Assembly (NCBI GenBank): GCA_964522405.1
Contig: CAZFTR010000004.1
Location: 22,349 to 86,348 of the forward strand
Direction: 5' to 3'
Length of the DNA stretch: 64,000 nucleotides
Origin: an uncultured Gammaproteobacteria bacterium
GTDB taxonomy: Bacteria; Patescibacteriota; Patescibacteriia; Magasanikbacterales; UBA922
Of the stretch, positions 8,792 to 20,788 are shown piece by piece (positions within the stretch are counted from its first letter, which is position 1; the number at the start of each line of letters is the position of its first letter). The notes beneath the pieces are model-generated. The model ran no database searches. It was not told the origin of the DNA and worked only from the letters and a program-made list of their open reading frames with translations. The translations under genes and the position numbers were made by a program.

Positions 8792-10552
8792 TTAAGGAAT
8801 AAACCCACCTGCCTGCAAGTCCCAGAGCTTCTTGTAAAGCCCATTTTTGCGTTTTAAGAGTTGCTGATGCGAACCTTGTTCAACTATATCACCTTGATCA
8901 ATTAAAATGATTCTGTCCATTCTCATAATGGTTGAAAGTCGATGAGCAATTACAATAACTGTTTTATCTTTCATCAGCTTATTCAATGCATCCTGGATCA
9001 GCATCTCTGATTCTGAATCAAGACTAGATGTAGCTTCATCAAGAATAAGTATTGGAGAATTACTAAGTATTGCTCGAGCAATTGCTACTCTCTGACGCTC
9101 ACCACCAGATAATTTAACACCTCTTTCACCAACAAAGGTTTGGTACTTTTCTGGAAGAGAATCAATAAATTCATGACAATGCGCAGCTTTTGCAGCTTCT
9201 ATGACTTCTTCATCAGTGGCTTCTGGTTTTCCATATCGTATATTCTCCATCAAAGTTCTATGAAAGAGAATTGGGTCTTGTGGAACCATGCTAATTGCTC
9301 TATGAAGTGAATCCTGAGTGATTTTTCTAATATTTTGACCATCAATATTTACCTTACCTTTTGCTGGGTCAATTAATCTGAGTAGTAATTTAACAACAGT
9401 TGATTTTCCTGCCCCACTTGGACCGACTAATGCAATTCTCTCCCCTGCCTTAATTTTGAAATTAAGATTCTTGATAATTGATCTGGTTTGATGATAATTA
9501 AATCGCACTGATTCAAATTCTATCTTTCCTTTTTTAACTTCAAGTTCTTTGGCATTATAAGCATCTCGCACCTTGTGAGGAGTATCAAAAATTTCAGTCA
9601 TTTCTTCGGCATCAGCAAGTGCTTCATAGTATTTTCGGATAATTCTTCCAAAATTCCAGAGCTTCATAAATATTGCGATCAAATATGCTTGGATCAAAAC
9701 AAAATCACCAATTGTAATTATCCCCTGATTCCAGAGCTTAATTGCTATATAGAAAATGACAAACTCAAGAATAATCATCAGCAATGTCTGAACTGCTTCG
9801 AATCCTGTAGCAAGATCCCAACAAAATCTTCTTATTTTGCGTAATTCATCTGTAATTTTTTTGAATCTAAGACCTTCACGTTCATACCCAGCAAATAACT
9901 TGATAGTAGAATAATTTGTAATTGAATCTGCAAGAACACCAGTTGTTTTTGAATCCATCTCACTGCGTTGAACATCAAATTTTAACTTATACCTAGAGAA
10001 TAAAAAATTAGTAAAACAATAAATAAAAATCCAAACCAAAATAAATATTCCAAGAGCAGAATTTCTCCTCCACAGAATAATATTGATAAGACCTATTTCC
10101 ATGATGATCGGCAAAAGTTCCCAACTTATAATATCTGCAAGAGTTTCAAAGGCGCGATAAAATCTATTTACTTTCTTGACTAGTGAACCTACAAAATTTC
10201 CTTCAAAAAAACCAATAGCATGTTTGTGCATGTATGCAAAACAGGTATTTGGCAAATCAGCCATGATATGAGTCTGAAAATATGAGTTCAAAAAAGCTGC
10301 TCCACGCCAAAAAATCCAACCAATCAAATGGATAATAACTACTTTTATTAAAATTCCGATTAAGACATCTGAATTTGCTCCACTATTTAAATCATCAAAA
10401 AATTGTTTATAAAAAAGAGGCGCAATTACATTTGTAATAGAAGCTAGTATAATAAACAAGACAGTGAAAAAACCTGACTTTTTATACTTGAGCACATGTT
10501 GCCAATAAATTTTTACAGTAAGTTTTTTCCTATATTTCATAAAACTTGGCAC
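8792..10552 (-). CDS. ABC transporter, fused permease/ATP-binding exporter (MsbA-like)
   Basis: Six TM helices, then Walker A GPSGAGKST, the LSGGERQRVAIARAIL signature and a Walker B. Confidence 0.85.
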   Translation of the reverse strand: MPSFMKYRKKLTVKIYWQHVLKYKKSGFFTVLFIILASITNVIAPLFYKQFFDDLNSGANSDVLIGILIKVVIIHLIGWIFWRGAAFLNSYFQTHIMADLPNTCFAYMHKHAIGFFEGNFVGSLVKKVNRFYRAFETLADIISWELLPIIMEIGLINIILWRRNSALGIFILVWIFIYCFTNFLFSRYKLKFDVQRSEMDSKTTGVLADSITNYSTIKLFAGYEREGLRFKKITDELRKIRRFCWDLATGFEAVQTLLMIILEFVIFYIAIKLWNQGIITIGDFVLIQAYLIAIFMKLWNFGRIIRKYYEALADAEEMTEIFDTPHKVRDAYNAKELEVKKGKIEFESVRFNYHQTRSIIKNLNFKIKAGERIALVGPSGAGKSTVVKLLLRLIDPAKGKVNIDGQNIRKITQDSLHRAISMVPQDPILFHRTLMENIRYGKPEATDEEVIEAAKAAHCHEFIDSLPEKYQTFVGERGVKLSGGERQRVAIARAILSNSPILILDEATSSLDSESEMLIQDALNKLMKDKTVIVIAHRLSTIMRMDRIILIDQGDIVEQGSHQQLLKRKNGLYKKLWDLQAGGFIP

Positions 10553-10670
10553 GTTTAAACTTGAACAAAATACCCAGTTTAGGTGCTAGGTCTACTAATG
10601 AAGACGTAAAATTCGAAATTTTGTTACAAAATTAACAGAAATTACCAAATTATCCCATAAAATCTCAACC

Positions 10671-10696
10671 AAAAAACCGGCTTATGCCGGTTTTTT
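10671..10696. terminator. Bidirectional intrinsic terminator
   Basis: AAAAAACCGGC-ttat-GCCGGTTTTTT. Confidence 0.6.
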
Positions 10697-10706
10697 GGAG
10701 TCAATT

Positions 10707-10886
10707 CTATTCTGCTGGATCTACTGGAGTTTCTCCCCCACCTTCTGGCATTGGAGCTACTTGCTCTCCACCTGCTTGAGTAGACATTTCTCCGCTTCCA
10801 CATGAGCATGTGCTACAAGCTGAACATCCACCACACTCCATGCATGCTGGACCGCTACAACTTGCGCAAGTCTTTAATTCTTCCAT
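10707..10886 (-). CDS. Small Cys-rich (metallothionein-like) protein, not present in the supplied ORF track (59 aa)
   Basis: The reverse-complement translates to MEELKTCASCSGPACMECGGCSACSTCSCGSGEMSTQAGGEQVAPMPEGGGETPVDPAE, with 10 Cys in the first 30 residues. A terminator lies immediately downstream. Confidence 0.45.
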   Translation of the reverse strand: MEELKTCASCSGPACMECGGCSACSTCSCGSGEMSTQAGGEQVAPMPEGGGETPVDPAE

Positions 10887-10965
10887 AGAAAAATTAAGGT
10901 TAAAAATATGTAATAAAGTATAGATTAGAAAAAACCTTTCGTCAAATTTGGATAAATTTCCTTTG

Positions 10966-10999
10966 CTGCACCCGAATCGCCGAAGCGAGACGGGTGCAG
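10966..10999 (-). terminator. Hairpin at the 3' end of the island C gene
   Basis: CTGCACCCG-aatcgccgaagcgagac-GGGTGCAG, a 9-bp G+C-rich stem. Confidence 0.4.
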
Positions 11000-11048
11000 C
11001 GTGAATCAGTAAAAAATCCTGGTGAAAAACCCGGTAGGACCTCGAGTT

Positions 11049-11354
11049 CTAGATGAAGTCGTGCTTGCGACACTTGCGCACCATGTGCAGCGCGCCGTCG
11101 ATGCGCATTGCCGGAATGCCGAGCGCGTAACGCACAACCTTACAGCCGACTTCGCCCAACTGCTCGTAGGCGAGAGCGATCCTGCTCTCCTGACCAAAGA
11201 TCCACTTCACAGCCGAGCACTCGAGAGCAGTGACCCTCTCATTCGCCGTCCCGATGGCCATGATTCCGTCGAGCGTCAACTCTCCGATGACCACAGCGCA
11301 GTCTTGAACCACCAGCTCGCCCATGAACAGAGCACTTCCCAATACTTCTTTCAT
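11049..11354 (-). CDS. Hypothetical protein of G+C-rich island C (101 aa, begins MKEVLGSALFMGELVV...)
   Basis: ATG at 11354 is preceded by GGGGGG and by TTGACA-N16-TATTAT. The longer track start at 11369 lies upstream of the SD. GC3-rich codons. Confidence 0.45.
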   Translation of the reverse strand: MKEVLGSALFMGELVVQDCAVVIGELTLDGIMAIGTANERVTALECSAVKWIFGQESRIALAYEQLGEVGCKVVRYALGIPAMRIDGALHMVRKCRKHDFI

Positions 11355-11385
11355 TGGCCCCCCGACCAATTATTGATCCAGGGAA

Positions 11386-11413
11386 ATAATAGCTCATTTA
11401 TATTTATTGTCAA
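11386..11413 (-). promoter_or_regulatory. Consensus promoter of the island C gene (TTGACA-N16-TATTAT, read on the minus strand)
   Basis: -35 at 11408-11413 and -10 at 11386-11391 (reverse-complement). Confidence 0.45.
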
Positions 11414-11437
11414 CCCTGGCGTTCGCGAACGCCAGGG
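11414..11437. repeat. Perfect 24-bp palindrome CCCTGGCGTTCGCGAACGCCAGGG abutting the island C promoter
   Basis: It shares the CCCTGGCG/CGCCAGGG stem with the island A hairpin and the CGTTCGCG core with the island E palindrome. Confidence 0.6.
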
Positions 11438-11518
11438 TGAACCGAGCAGAAGACAGTACTGAGTCAAAATTAAAAAACTGCCCAAGTGGACAGTTTTTTA
11501 GAAGTAATTCTTCTTTAG

Positions 11519-12823
11519 CTAAATTGCTTCACCTAGGGGTTTGGGCTTTTCTCCTGTTTCTTTCATTACTCCCTTCTCAAACAAAATTGCACCAAGAACA
11601 GTCACAAGAATAACACCAAGAAGTGCAGCTGCTGCCATAGTTTCACTGAGTACATTGTTGGCAATTGCAACTGCTACGAAAACTAAACCAACTTCACCAC
11701 GAATTGACATTGCATAACCAACAAGTTTTCCTTCGTTGCGGTCCTTGAATAAATATTTAACAATATATTTTCCATAGAATCCAAGAACTGTAAATATAAT
11801 TGCATAAATCCAAGCTTTTGGAGACATAATTGCTTCACGGGTAAGCATGGTTCCAATACTTACCAGGAATCCACCAACAAAGATATGTATATATCCCTCG
11901 ATCTTTTCCCAAACTTCATGTTTGATCTCATTATCAACTTTTGAAAGTACCACACCAATACCAAAGGCACCAAGAACAGGCTCAAGACCAACCACAGCTG
12001 CAAGTGCTCCAGCAATAATCAAGGCACCAAAGAAAAATCTAGTATAAGGCCCTGTTGTAGTTTTTACGTAATGCTTATCAAGATATTTGGCAATCTTATC
12101 AGCAACACCCATACTCCACATTAGATAAGCTCCACCAAAGAAAGCAAGAACAGCAATAGCAAGCCAGATAAGACTCATAGCTTCTAGGTGACCTTGAGAT
12201 AATTTTGCAAGCACAGTTAGAACCAGCACACCAAGAATATCATCAATCACAGCAGCCCCAACAATTCTGTTTCCCATGTTTGTACTAAGTTTTCCAGCAG
12301 CTTTTAGAGCTTCTACTGAAAGACCAACTGATGTTGCTGTGAAAATACCACCCAAGAAAATAGCCGGAAGCCATTCCATACCAAGAGCATAATGTCCTAG
12401 AAGCGCAAAAGTAACCAATGGAATAAAGACACCACCAAAAGCAACCAGACTGGCAATCCCAATATTTTTCTTGAGAAGTTCCATGTCAAAATGAAGTCCA
12501 GCTTCAAATAAAATAAAAAGCACACCAGCTAGGCGAGCAATTTCAACTCCGTGAGCATATGGATCAAGAACACCCATAGCTGCAGGACCAGCAATAATAC
12601 CCATTACAATCTTACCTGCCATTGGTGCAATACCAAATACTTTGGCAAGTCTTCCACCAAAAGATGCAAAAACAGCAAGAAATGCAATATCAATCAAAAT
12701 CGGCATGATGGTATTGATCTCATGATGATGACTGTGCAACAAGGCCTCGCGCAAATAGTGCAGACCAATTGCGAATACCACCACTTCTATAGTTAGAAGT
12801 GCTAGTGTCTTCAATTTATTCAT
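11519..12823 (-). CDS. Cation:proton antiporter (CPA2 / Na+/H+ exchanger family)
   Basis: 434 aa with about 12 TM helices; architecture and motifs are Kef/NapA-like. Confidence 0.75.
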   Translation of the reverse strand: MNKLKTLALLTIEVVVFAIGLHYLREALLHSHHHEINTIMPILIDIAFLAVFASFGGRLAKVFGIAPMAGKIVMGIIAGPAAMGVLDPYAHGVEIARLAGVLFILFEAGLHFDMELLKKNIGIASLVAFGGVFIPLVTFALLGHYALGMEWLPAIFLGGIFTATSVGLSVEALKAAGKLSTNMGNRIVGAAVIDDILGVLVLTVLAKLSQGHLEAMSLIWLAIAVLAFFGGAYLMWSMGVADKIAKYLDKHYVKTTTGPYTRFFFGALIIAGALAAVVGLEPVLGAFGIGVVLSKVDNEIKHEVWEKIEGYIHIFVGGFLVSIGTMLTREAIMSPKAWIYAIIFTVLGFYGKYIVKYLFKDRNEGKLVGYAMSIRGEVGLVFVAVAIANNVLSETMAAAALLGVILVTVLGAILFEKGVMKETGEKPKPLGEAI

Positions 12824-13038
12824 AAATTTTTCCTAATTGTCATCCCGAGCGAAATGCTAGAGAGTCAAGAGATCTCCTTTTCAAAGAATATTTTCCTTAA
12901 AAGGGTGATTCCTCCACTCTATTCAAGATAACCTATAAATTATATTAAATTACGACTGCAATATTATACAGTTAAATAGCTTAAAAATCAATACAATTTG
13001 GGGATAAAGCCAAGTTACAAAATTGTGAAAAATGCTGA

Positions 13039-13067
13039 TTTACAAGTAAGTAGAAATATGCTAGGAT
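13039..13067 (+). promoter_or_regulatory. Candidate promoter of island D (TTTACA-N17-TAGGAT)
   Basis: Lies upstream of the GGGAGG SD at 13087-13092. Confidence 0.35.
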
Positions 13068-13102
13068 ATTTCAGTAATCTGGAACCGGGAGGAAAAAACC
13101 GG

Positions 13103-13849
13103 ATGTTTCTTTTGGAATTCACGAAAAAGCACCCCTACCTGGTAATCGCCAGTGTGGCTCTGACCACTCTGCTGATTGCTGCCATGGTGATGATTCAGCA
13201 GAGGATCGATACCAGCAAGGAGCGGATCGCGACTGCATGTCTCGAGAGAATCGCCAACCCCTGCACCTTCTACAAGGTCTCAGACTCGGGCTACACCTGT
13301 GAGAAGTGGCACGTCGCCGACGGCACTGATTGCAAACAGAGCGCCTGCATGACAGGCGACTGTGTCTGCAAGGACGGCAAGCCGACTTCCGACTCCTGGC
13401 GGGACTGCTCTTCGCCGAGCGATCCCTGTCGGGTCGACGTTTGTGTTCCTGACGACGCTGAAGAGCTGGGCTACAGATGCGTGCCCGGGGTGCATGAGGA
13501 CCGGAATCGCAAGATCTGGCTCGATCACAAGCCCGACTTCACCCCCTGCCTGGACGATGGCATCTGCATCGGACGTACCTGCATTGGCCCCGAAGGTCGC
13601 GTGCTGGCTCCACTACCGATCAAGTTCACCGAAACCAAGGCTCGGGACATGCCGACAGGCTTCGAGCTCAATCTCTGCGGGAACTGCCATCGCTACAGCT
13701 ACGACTGGAACTACAGCGGTCCTGTCACCTGTGGCAGCTGCCACCTGGAAGGCGCCGACATGCTCAACCGATCATCCGATAGACTGCTCTGGCATCTCGA
13801 GATCGAGGAAGGGCTGCCGGCCAAAGAGTTCCTGGGGGAGGTGATGTAA
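13103..13849 (+). CDS. Signal-anchored Cys-rich protein with two CxxCH motifs (putative dihaem c-type cytochrome), G+C-rich island D
   Basis: GGGAGG lies 10 nt before the ATG at 13103 (the ORF-track start at 12998 lies in A+T-rich DNA upstream of the SD). One TM helix, then 20+ Cys including CGNCH and CGSCH. GC3-rich codons. Confidence 0.4.
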   Translation: MFLLEFTKKHPYLVIASVALTTLLIAAMVMIQQRIDTSKERIATACLERIANPCTFYKVSDSGYTCEKWHVADGTDCKQSACMTGDCVCKDGKPTSDSWRDCSSPSDPCRVDVCVPDDAEELGYRCVPGVHEDRNRKIWLDHKPDFTPCLDDGICIGRTCIGPEGRVLAPLPIKFTETKARDMPTGFELNLCGNCHRYSYDWNYSGPVTCGSCHLEGADMLNRSSDRLLWHLEIEEGLPAKEFLGEVM

Positions 13850-13978
13850 TGCCGCAGACACGAGCACGAGGGCCACCAAGTAGAGGCGCCGGCACCAGCC
13901 CCGGCGGGAGCATGTCAACTGCTGCTCTGCACCGGCTGGCGACTCTCTTATTATTTTAATTTTAGAATGATGAGAAAG

Positions 13979-14007
13979 AAAAAACTCGCTTATTGCGAGT
14001 TTTTTTA
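13979..14007. terminator. Bidirectional intrinsic terminator (end of the atp operon)
   Basis: AAAAAACTCGC-ttat-TGCGAGTTTTTTT. Confidence 0.6.
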
Positions 14008-14046
14008 AACTATTAACTGTTGTTATCTGTAAACTATCAACAATTT

Positions 14047-14472
14047 TTACTTCCTATACTTCTTCCCCACTCTAATCCTATTCATTTCTCGATCAATAAC
14101 TGCTTGAAGTTTTGCAAAATCAACATTTGATTCTTTTCCAGCTTTTTCCAGCTGTTCTTGTGCACGTTTTCTTGCTGCTTCTGCTCTATCCAGATCAATA
14201 TCCCCTGCTCGCTCTGCGTTGTCTGCAAGAATTATAATTTCACTATTTCCCCGAACTTCCAGAAATCCACCAGCAACTGCTATTGGATGCTCACCATCCT
14301 TATCTTTTATTTTCAATTCTCCAGCTTGTAAAACCGAAATTATTGGAATATGCATTGGAAGAACTGTAATCTCGCCTTCCATTGTTGGAATTGTAACTTG
14401 AAAAATCTCATCTTCGTAAACTACTGATTCAGGTGTTACAATTTTGAATTTTAGGATTTGTTCTTTTTTCAT
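14047..14472 (-). CDS. atpC: F1 ATP synthase epsilon subunit
   Basis: 141 aa; N-terminal beta-sandwich and C-terminal helical hairpin, with conserved epsilon residues. Confidence 0.85.
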   Translation of the reverse strand: MKKEQILKFKIVTPESVVYEDEIFQVTIPTMEGEITVLPMHIPIISVLQAGELKIKDKDGEHPIAVAGGFLEVRGNSEIIILADNAERAGDIDLDRAEAARKRAQEQLEKAGKESNVDFAKLQAVIDREMNRIRVGKKYRK

Positions 14473-14594
14473 TTTTTTATTAAATTGAACTTATTACTGA
14501 ATAGGTAGGTATCTCTCGACTGCGTTTTTCTTTCAGAAAACTTCGCTCGAGATGAGAACCAAGATGTGAAATTTTGATCAATGACCACTCACAG

Positions 14595-16773
<2,179 letters not shown>

Positions 16774-16776
16774 AGA

Positions 16777-17706
16777 CTATAATGCCGCTGCACCTGCTGC
16801 AATCTCCGCAATCTCCTGCGTGATTCCAGCCTGTCTAGCTTTGTTAAAACTTAAAGTTAATTCATCAATCAATTCTCCAGCATTTTCACTGGCATTTTTC
16901 ATTGCTACCATTCTTGCTGAATGTTCTGATGCTGTTGACTCTAGAACTGCCTGCAATAATTGTGATTCAACTAATCTTGGTAAAACATTTTCTATTATTA
17001 CTTTCACATTTGGTTCAAATTCATAGGCATCAATATCTTCTTCTACTTTTTCCTCTTTAGTATTTTTTGCATCTTCACCAATTTCATCTATCATCTTATC
17101 TATATCAACCGAAGAGACTGGCAAAAGTTGTCTAACTTCTGCAACCTGTTCTAAACTCGATTTAAAATTTGTATAAAAAACTACCACTTTATCGTATTTT
17201 TTTTCTTTAAATTCACTAATCATGATCTTTGTAATTGGCAGAATATTTTCCAGGCTTGGTTTTTCACCAATTTCGTCATACATTTGTACAAGATTGTAAC
17301 CGTACCTTTTGGCAAAAATTGCTGACTTCTTACCTACTCCTATCAGATCAATTTCAAGTTCAGCATCTGCATCATCAGCTAAAATTTCTTTATTTGATAA
17401 TGTTTGATGAGCTTTTTTGTATAAGTTTGCATTGAAACTTCCGCAAAGCCCTCTATTTGAACTAACCAAAATTGCTAGGACTTTTTTCACAGGCCTCTCC
17501 TCAAGAAGTTCAACTTTATCCATTTCAATTTTACTAAGACGATCAAGAAGGCCTTTTGCTGTAACTGCATATTCACGTGTTGCAAGTGTGGCATCAACTG
17601 CTCGACGCATCTTTGCAGCAGCAACCATCTCCATTGCTTTGGTGATTTTCTTGGTATTGGTCACGGACTTGATTCGTCCTTTAATTGCTTTTGTATTGAC
17701 TGCCAT
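16777..17706 (-). CDS. atpG: F1 ATP synthase gamma subunit
   Basis: 309 aa with conserved gamma N- and C-terminal helices (...ITQEIAEIAAGAAAL). Confidence 0.9.
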   Translation of the reverse strand: MAVNTKAIKGRIKSVTNTKKITKAMEMVAAAKMRRAVDATLATREYAVTAKGLLDRLSKIEMDKVELLEERPVKKVLAILVSSNRGLCGSFNANLYKKAHQTLSNKEILADDADAELEIDLIGVGKKSAIFAKRYGYNLVQMYDEIGEKPSLENILPITKIMISEFKEKKYDKVVVFYTNFKSSLEQVAEVRQLLPVSSVDIDKMIDEIGEDAKNTKEEKVEEDIDAYEFEPNVKVIIENVLPRLVESQLLQAVLESTASEHSARMVAMKNASENAGELIDELTLSFNKARQAGITQEIAEIAAGAAAL

Positions 17707-17751
17707 ACATTATTAGTGTGTAGTTTATAGTTACTAGTTTATAGATATAAT

Positions 17752-17777
17752 CTGTTAACTGTGATCTGTTAACTGTC
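17752..17777. repeat. Two direct copies of ATCTGTTAACTGT in the atpA-atpG spacer
   Basis: Same GTTAAC-core repeat family. Confidence 0.5.
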
Positions 17778-17779
17778 AA

Positions 17780-19270
17780 CTATTTCTTAAATTCTTCACA
17801 AGCACTCTTCAACTCTCCCTCAATCTCATCACTCCACTCTCCACCTGCAATTTTTTCTAGCAATGAAGATTTTGAATTAGACATGAATTCAACAAATTTT
17901 GCTTCTGTTTCCTTAATTGAACTGATTTCAATTCCATCAAAATACCCTTTTGAAGCTGCGTAAATTACAGCAACTTGATGTTCTACTGCCATTGGTGAAA
18001 ATTGTTTTTGTTTCAAAAGCTCTACCATTAATCTACCACTTTCAATTTGCTTTTTTGTTTCCGGGTCAAGATCACTTGAAAATTGCGCAAATGCTTCTAA
18101 TTCTCTAAACTGAGCAAGTGTTAATTTCATACTTCCGGCAACTTTCTTCATTGGCTTAATCTGAGCAGATCCACCTACACGTGAAACTGATAAACCCACA
18201 TTCAACGCAGGACGAATACCCTTGAAAAATAGATCTGTTTCAAGGAAAATCTGCCCATCTGTAATTGAAATTACATTTGTTGGAATATATGCTGACACAT
18301 CTCCAGCCTGTGTTTCAATAATTGGCAACGCTGTAATTGATCCTCCACCATGTTTGTCATTTAAGTTACATGCTCTTTCAAGTAAACGTGAATGAAGATA
18401 GAAAACATCTCCAGGATAGGCTTCACGACCTGGTGGACGACGAAGAAGGAGTGAAATTTCACGATATGCCCAAGCTTGCTTGGTAAGATCATCATAAACT
18501 ACAAGTACATCTTCACCTTTGTCTGCAAAGTATTCTGCAATTGTAACTCCGGCATATGGCGCAAGATAGGCCATGGCTGCAGGGTCAGAAGCACCTGCCA
18601 AAACTATAGTTGTGTATTCCATTGCTCCTGCTTCTTCAAGTTGAGATACTATACGAGCAATTTTTGATTCTTTTTGACCAACTGCAACATAAATACATTT
18701 ACAATTTTTTCCTTTTTGATTGATAATAGTGTCGATTGCAACTGCAGTTTTTCCAGTCTGTCTGTCACCAATAATAAGCTCACGTTGTCCACGCCCGATT
18801 GGGATAAGTGCATCAACTGCTTTGATTCCTGTTTGGAGTGGAGTGTCAACTGGTTGACGTGTCATAACTCCCGGAGCAACTCTCTCCATTGGATAAAATT
18901 CCTTTGTTTTTATGTGACCTTTTCCATCAATTGGTTTTCCAAGCGCATTTACCACTCTTCCGATAAGCTCATCTGCCACAGGAACTGAAAGAATTTTCCC
19001 AGTTCTCTTCACTGTATCACCTTCTTTGATGTGCTTGTACTCGTCAAGAATAATGGCACCAACTGTTTCCTCTTCTAAATTCAGAGCAACTCCCATACTT
19101 CCGCCTGGGAACTCAAGCATTTCCTGTGCCTGACACTTATCAAGTCCACTCATGCGAGCAATTCCATCTCCAACCTCAATTACTGCTCCAATTTCTTCAG
19201 TCTTAATCTCCTTTTTAAAAGCATCAATATTTTGTTTTAGTTGTGCTACTATTTGATCTGTGTGTGACAT
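17780..19270 (-). CDS. atpA: F1 ATP synthase alpha subunit
   Basis: Walker A GDRQTGKT; 496 aa. Confidence 0.95.
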   Translation of the reverse strand: MSHTDQIVAQLKQNIDAFKKEIKTEEIGAVIEVGDGIARMSGLDKCQAQEMLEFPGGSMGVALNLEEETVGAIILDEYKHIKEGDTVKRTGKILSVPVADELIGRVVNALGKPIDGKGHIKTKEFYPMERVAPGVMTRQPVDTPLQTGIKAVDALIPIGRGQRELIIGDRQTGKTAVAIDTIINQKGKNCKCIYVAVGQKESKIARIVSQLEEAGAMEYTTIVLAGASDPAAMAYLAPYAGVTIAEYFADKGEDVLVVYDDLTKQAWAYREISLLLRRPPGREAYPGDVFYLHSRLLERACNLNDKHGGGSITALPIIETQAGDVSAYIPTNVISITDGQIFLETDLFFKGIRPALNVGLSVSRVGGSAQIKPMKKVAGSMKLTLAQFRELEAFAQFSSDLDPETKKQIESGRLMVELLKQKQFSPMAVEHQVAVIYAASKGYFDGIEISSIKETEAKFVEFMSNSKSSLLEKIAGGEWSDEIEGELKSACEEFKK

Positions 19271-19276
19271 ACTTTT

Positions 19277-19302
19277 TAGTTAATAGTTTATAGTTAACAG
19301 TT
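19277..19302. repeat. GTTAAC-core repeats (TAGTTAATAGTT / AGTTAACAGTT) in the atpH-atpA spacer
   Basis: Same repeat family. Confidence 0.45.
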
Positions 19303-19313
19303 TGTAGTTTTTA

Positions 19314-19703
19314 TTATTTAGTTAGTTTAGTATTTAAATTTGATAACTGTGTTTTTACACTAGCGTCATAAATAACATTTCCTTTTTTTACTTTTACTCC
19401 ACCAATCAGAGACTTATCCGTATCAAGCTCAAGCTCAAAATGCTCACTAAATTTTGTTGCAATTTGCTCTGCCATTCCTTTTGAAATCTTATGAGCGCTT
19501 GTGATTTTGATGGTTTCAATTCCTTCTTGTTCTTTTGTGTACTTAAGAAAATGCTCCACTATTATGTCCACTTTTTTCAATGAATTATTTTTCTTAAGAA
19601 GTTTGAAAAATTCAAGAACTGCAGAATCTAGATCTTTTCCTGAAAGCTCTTTGGTAATTCTATATAAAACTTTTGCGTATTGTCTTGGGAATAATTTCTG
19701 CAT
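19314..19703 (-). CDS. atpH: F1 ATP synthase delta (OSCP) subunit, short form
   Basis: Position between atpF and atpA, delta-like C-terminal region; 129 aa. Confidence 0.65.
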   Translation of the reverse strand: MQKLFPRQYAKVLYRITKELSGKDLDSAVLEFFKLLKKNNSLKKVDIIVEHFLKYTKEQEGIETIKITSAHKISKGMAEQIATKFSEHFELELDTDKSLIGGVKVKKGNVIYDASVKTQLSNLNTKLTK

Positions 19704-19706
19704 ATA

Positions 19707-20300
19707 TTATTTAGCAAGCCCTTTAATAATCTCATCAATAAGTTTTTCATCCTTTTTTGGGTCAATTTTTTCTGGTAGAATTTTCCCAAGTGCTAGTACA
19801 ACTAACTCTGCTGTTTCTTTTCGAAGATCGTCTCTCATTGATTCTTTGTCTTTTTCAATTTGACCACGTGCTTTTGTAACCAGTGACTCAATTTCTGTTT
19901 TTGTCTTATCTCTTAGCTTGTCTGCTTGTTCTTCTGCATCTTCGCGAGCTTTGGCCACTATTTCATTTGATTCTTTTTTTGCTTCTGCAAGTTTTTCATC
20001 AAATTTCTGCTCACTCATTTGCAGGTTTGATTCTACTGCTTTGGCATTGTCCAGACTTTCATCAATAATCTTTTTTCTTTCTTCTAATTGCTTTGTTAAT
20101 GGTTTTAAAATTAGAAACCAAACAATAAGTGCTACAACTGCAAAGTTAATAAGCTGAAATCCAAATAATTGACCGTTTAGTCCAAGTGAGGCTAGAAGAC
20201 TCTGCTCACCTGTTGCTGCAGTCTCATGACCAACTTCTCCATATGTATCTTCTACATGAATTTCCTCCACTTCAGTTGTTTTATGTGTATTTTGTGACAT
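19707..20300 (-). CDS. atpF: Fo ATP synthase b subunit
   Basis: Single TM helix followed by a long charged coiled-coil region; position in the operon. Confidence 0.75.
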   Translation of the reverse strand: MSQNTHKTTEVEEIHVEDTYGEVGHETAATGEQSLLASLGLNGQLFGFQLINFAVVALIVWFLILKPLTKQLEERKKIIDESLDNAKAVESNLQMSEQKFDEKLAEAKKESNEIVAKAREDAEEQADKLRDKTKTEIESLVTKARGQIEKDKESMRDDLRKETAELVVLALGKILPEKIDPKKDEKLIDEIIKGLAK

Positions 20301-20310
20301 AATATTAATT

Positions 20311-20357
20311 TAGTTAACAGTTGGCAGTTTACAGTTAACAGAAATTTACTGTTAACC
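20311..20357. repeat. GTTAAC-core repeats with an 8-bp hairpin GTTAACAG-aaattta-CTGTTAAC in the atpF-atpE spacer
   Basis: Contains AGTTAACAGTT, TTTACAGTTAACAG and CTGTTAACC. It is followed by a GCCGGG-caaaa-CCCGGC hairpin at 20379-20395. Confidence 0.5.
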
Positions 20358-20402
20358 TATTAAATAAGCCGATTGGGCCGGGCAAAACCCGGCTTGATCG
20401 AT

Positions 20403-20642
<240 letters not shown>

Positions 20643-20708
20643 CTATATTTGTGTCAGAGCCGTTCGAGTTTGCTTGGATTTTTATACTCGCGGCTGACTT
20701 GAATTAAT

Positions 20709-20737
20709 TTAGTTAACAGTTTTACAGTTAACAGTTA
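20709..20737. repeat. GTTAAC-core repeats (AGTTAACAGTT, TTTACAGTTAACAGTT) in the atpE-atpB spacer
   Basis: The exact 14-mer TTTACAGTTAACAG is shared with the 20327-20341 spacer. Confidence 0.5.
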
Positions 20738-20788
20738 TAAGTTAAATAAATTCTTAACTAATAACTACTAACTATAAACTACCCACTA

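Noticed and set aside
11022-11462. 146-aa plus-strand ORF in island C
   Set aside because: The promoter (TTGACA-N16-TATTAT) and SD are on the minus strand, and the plus-strand product is H/R/S-rich with no start context.
13280-13844. Alternative-frame ORFs in island D (13362..13844 plus strand, 13280..13528 minus strand)
   Set aside because: Low-complexity S/T/A/R-rich products typical of out-of-frame G+C-rich DNA. The in-frame product has a TM helix and CxxCH motifs.
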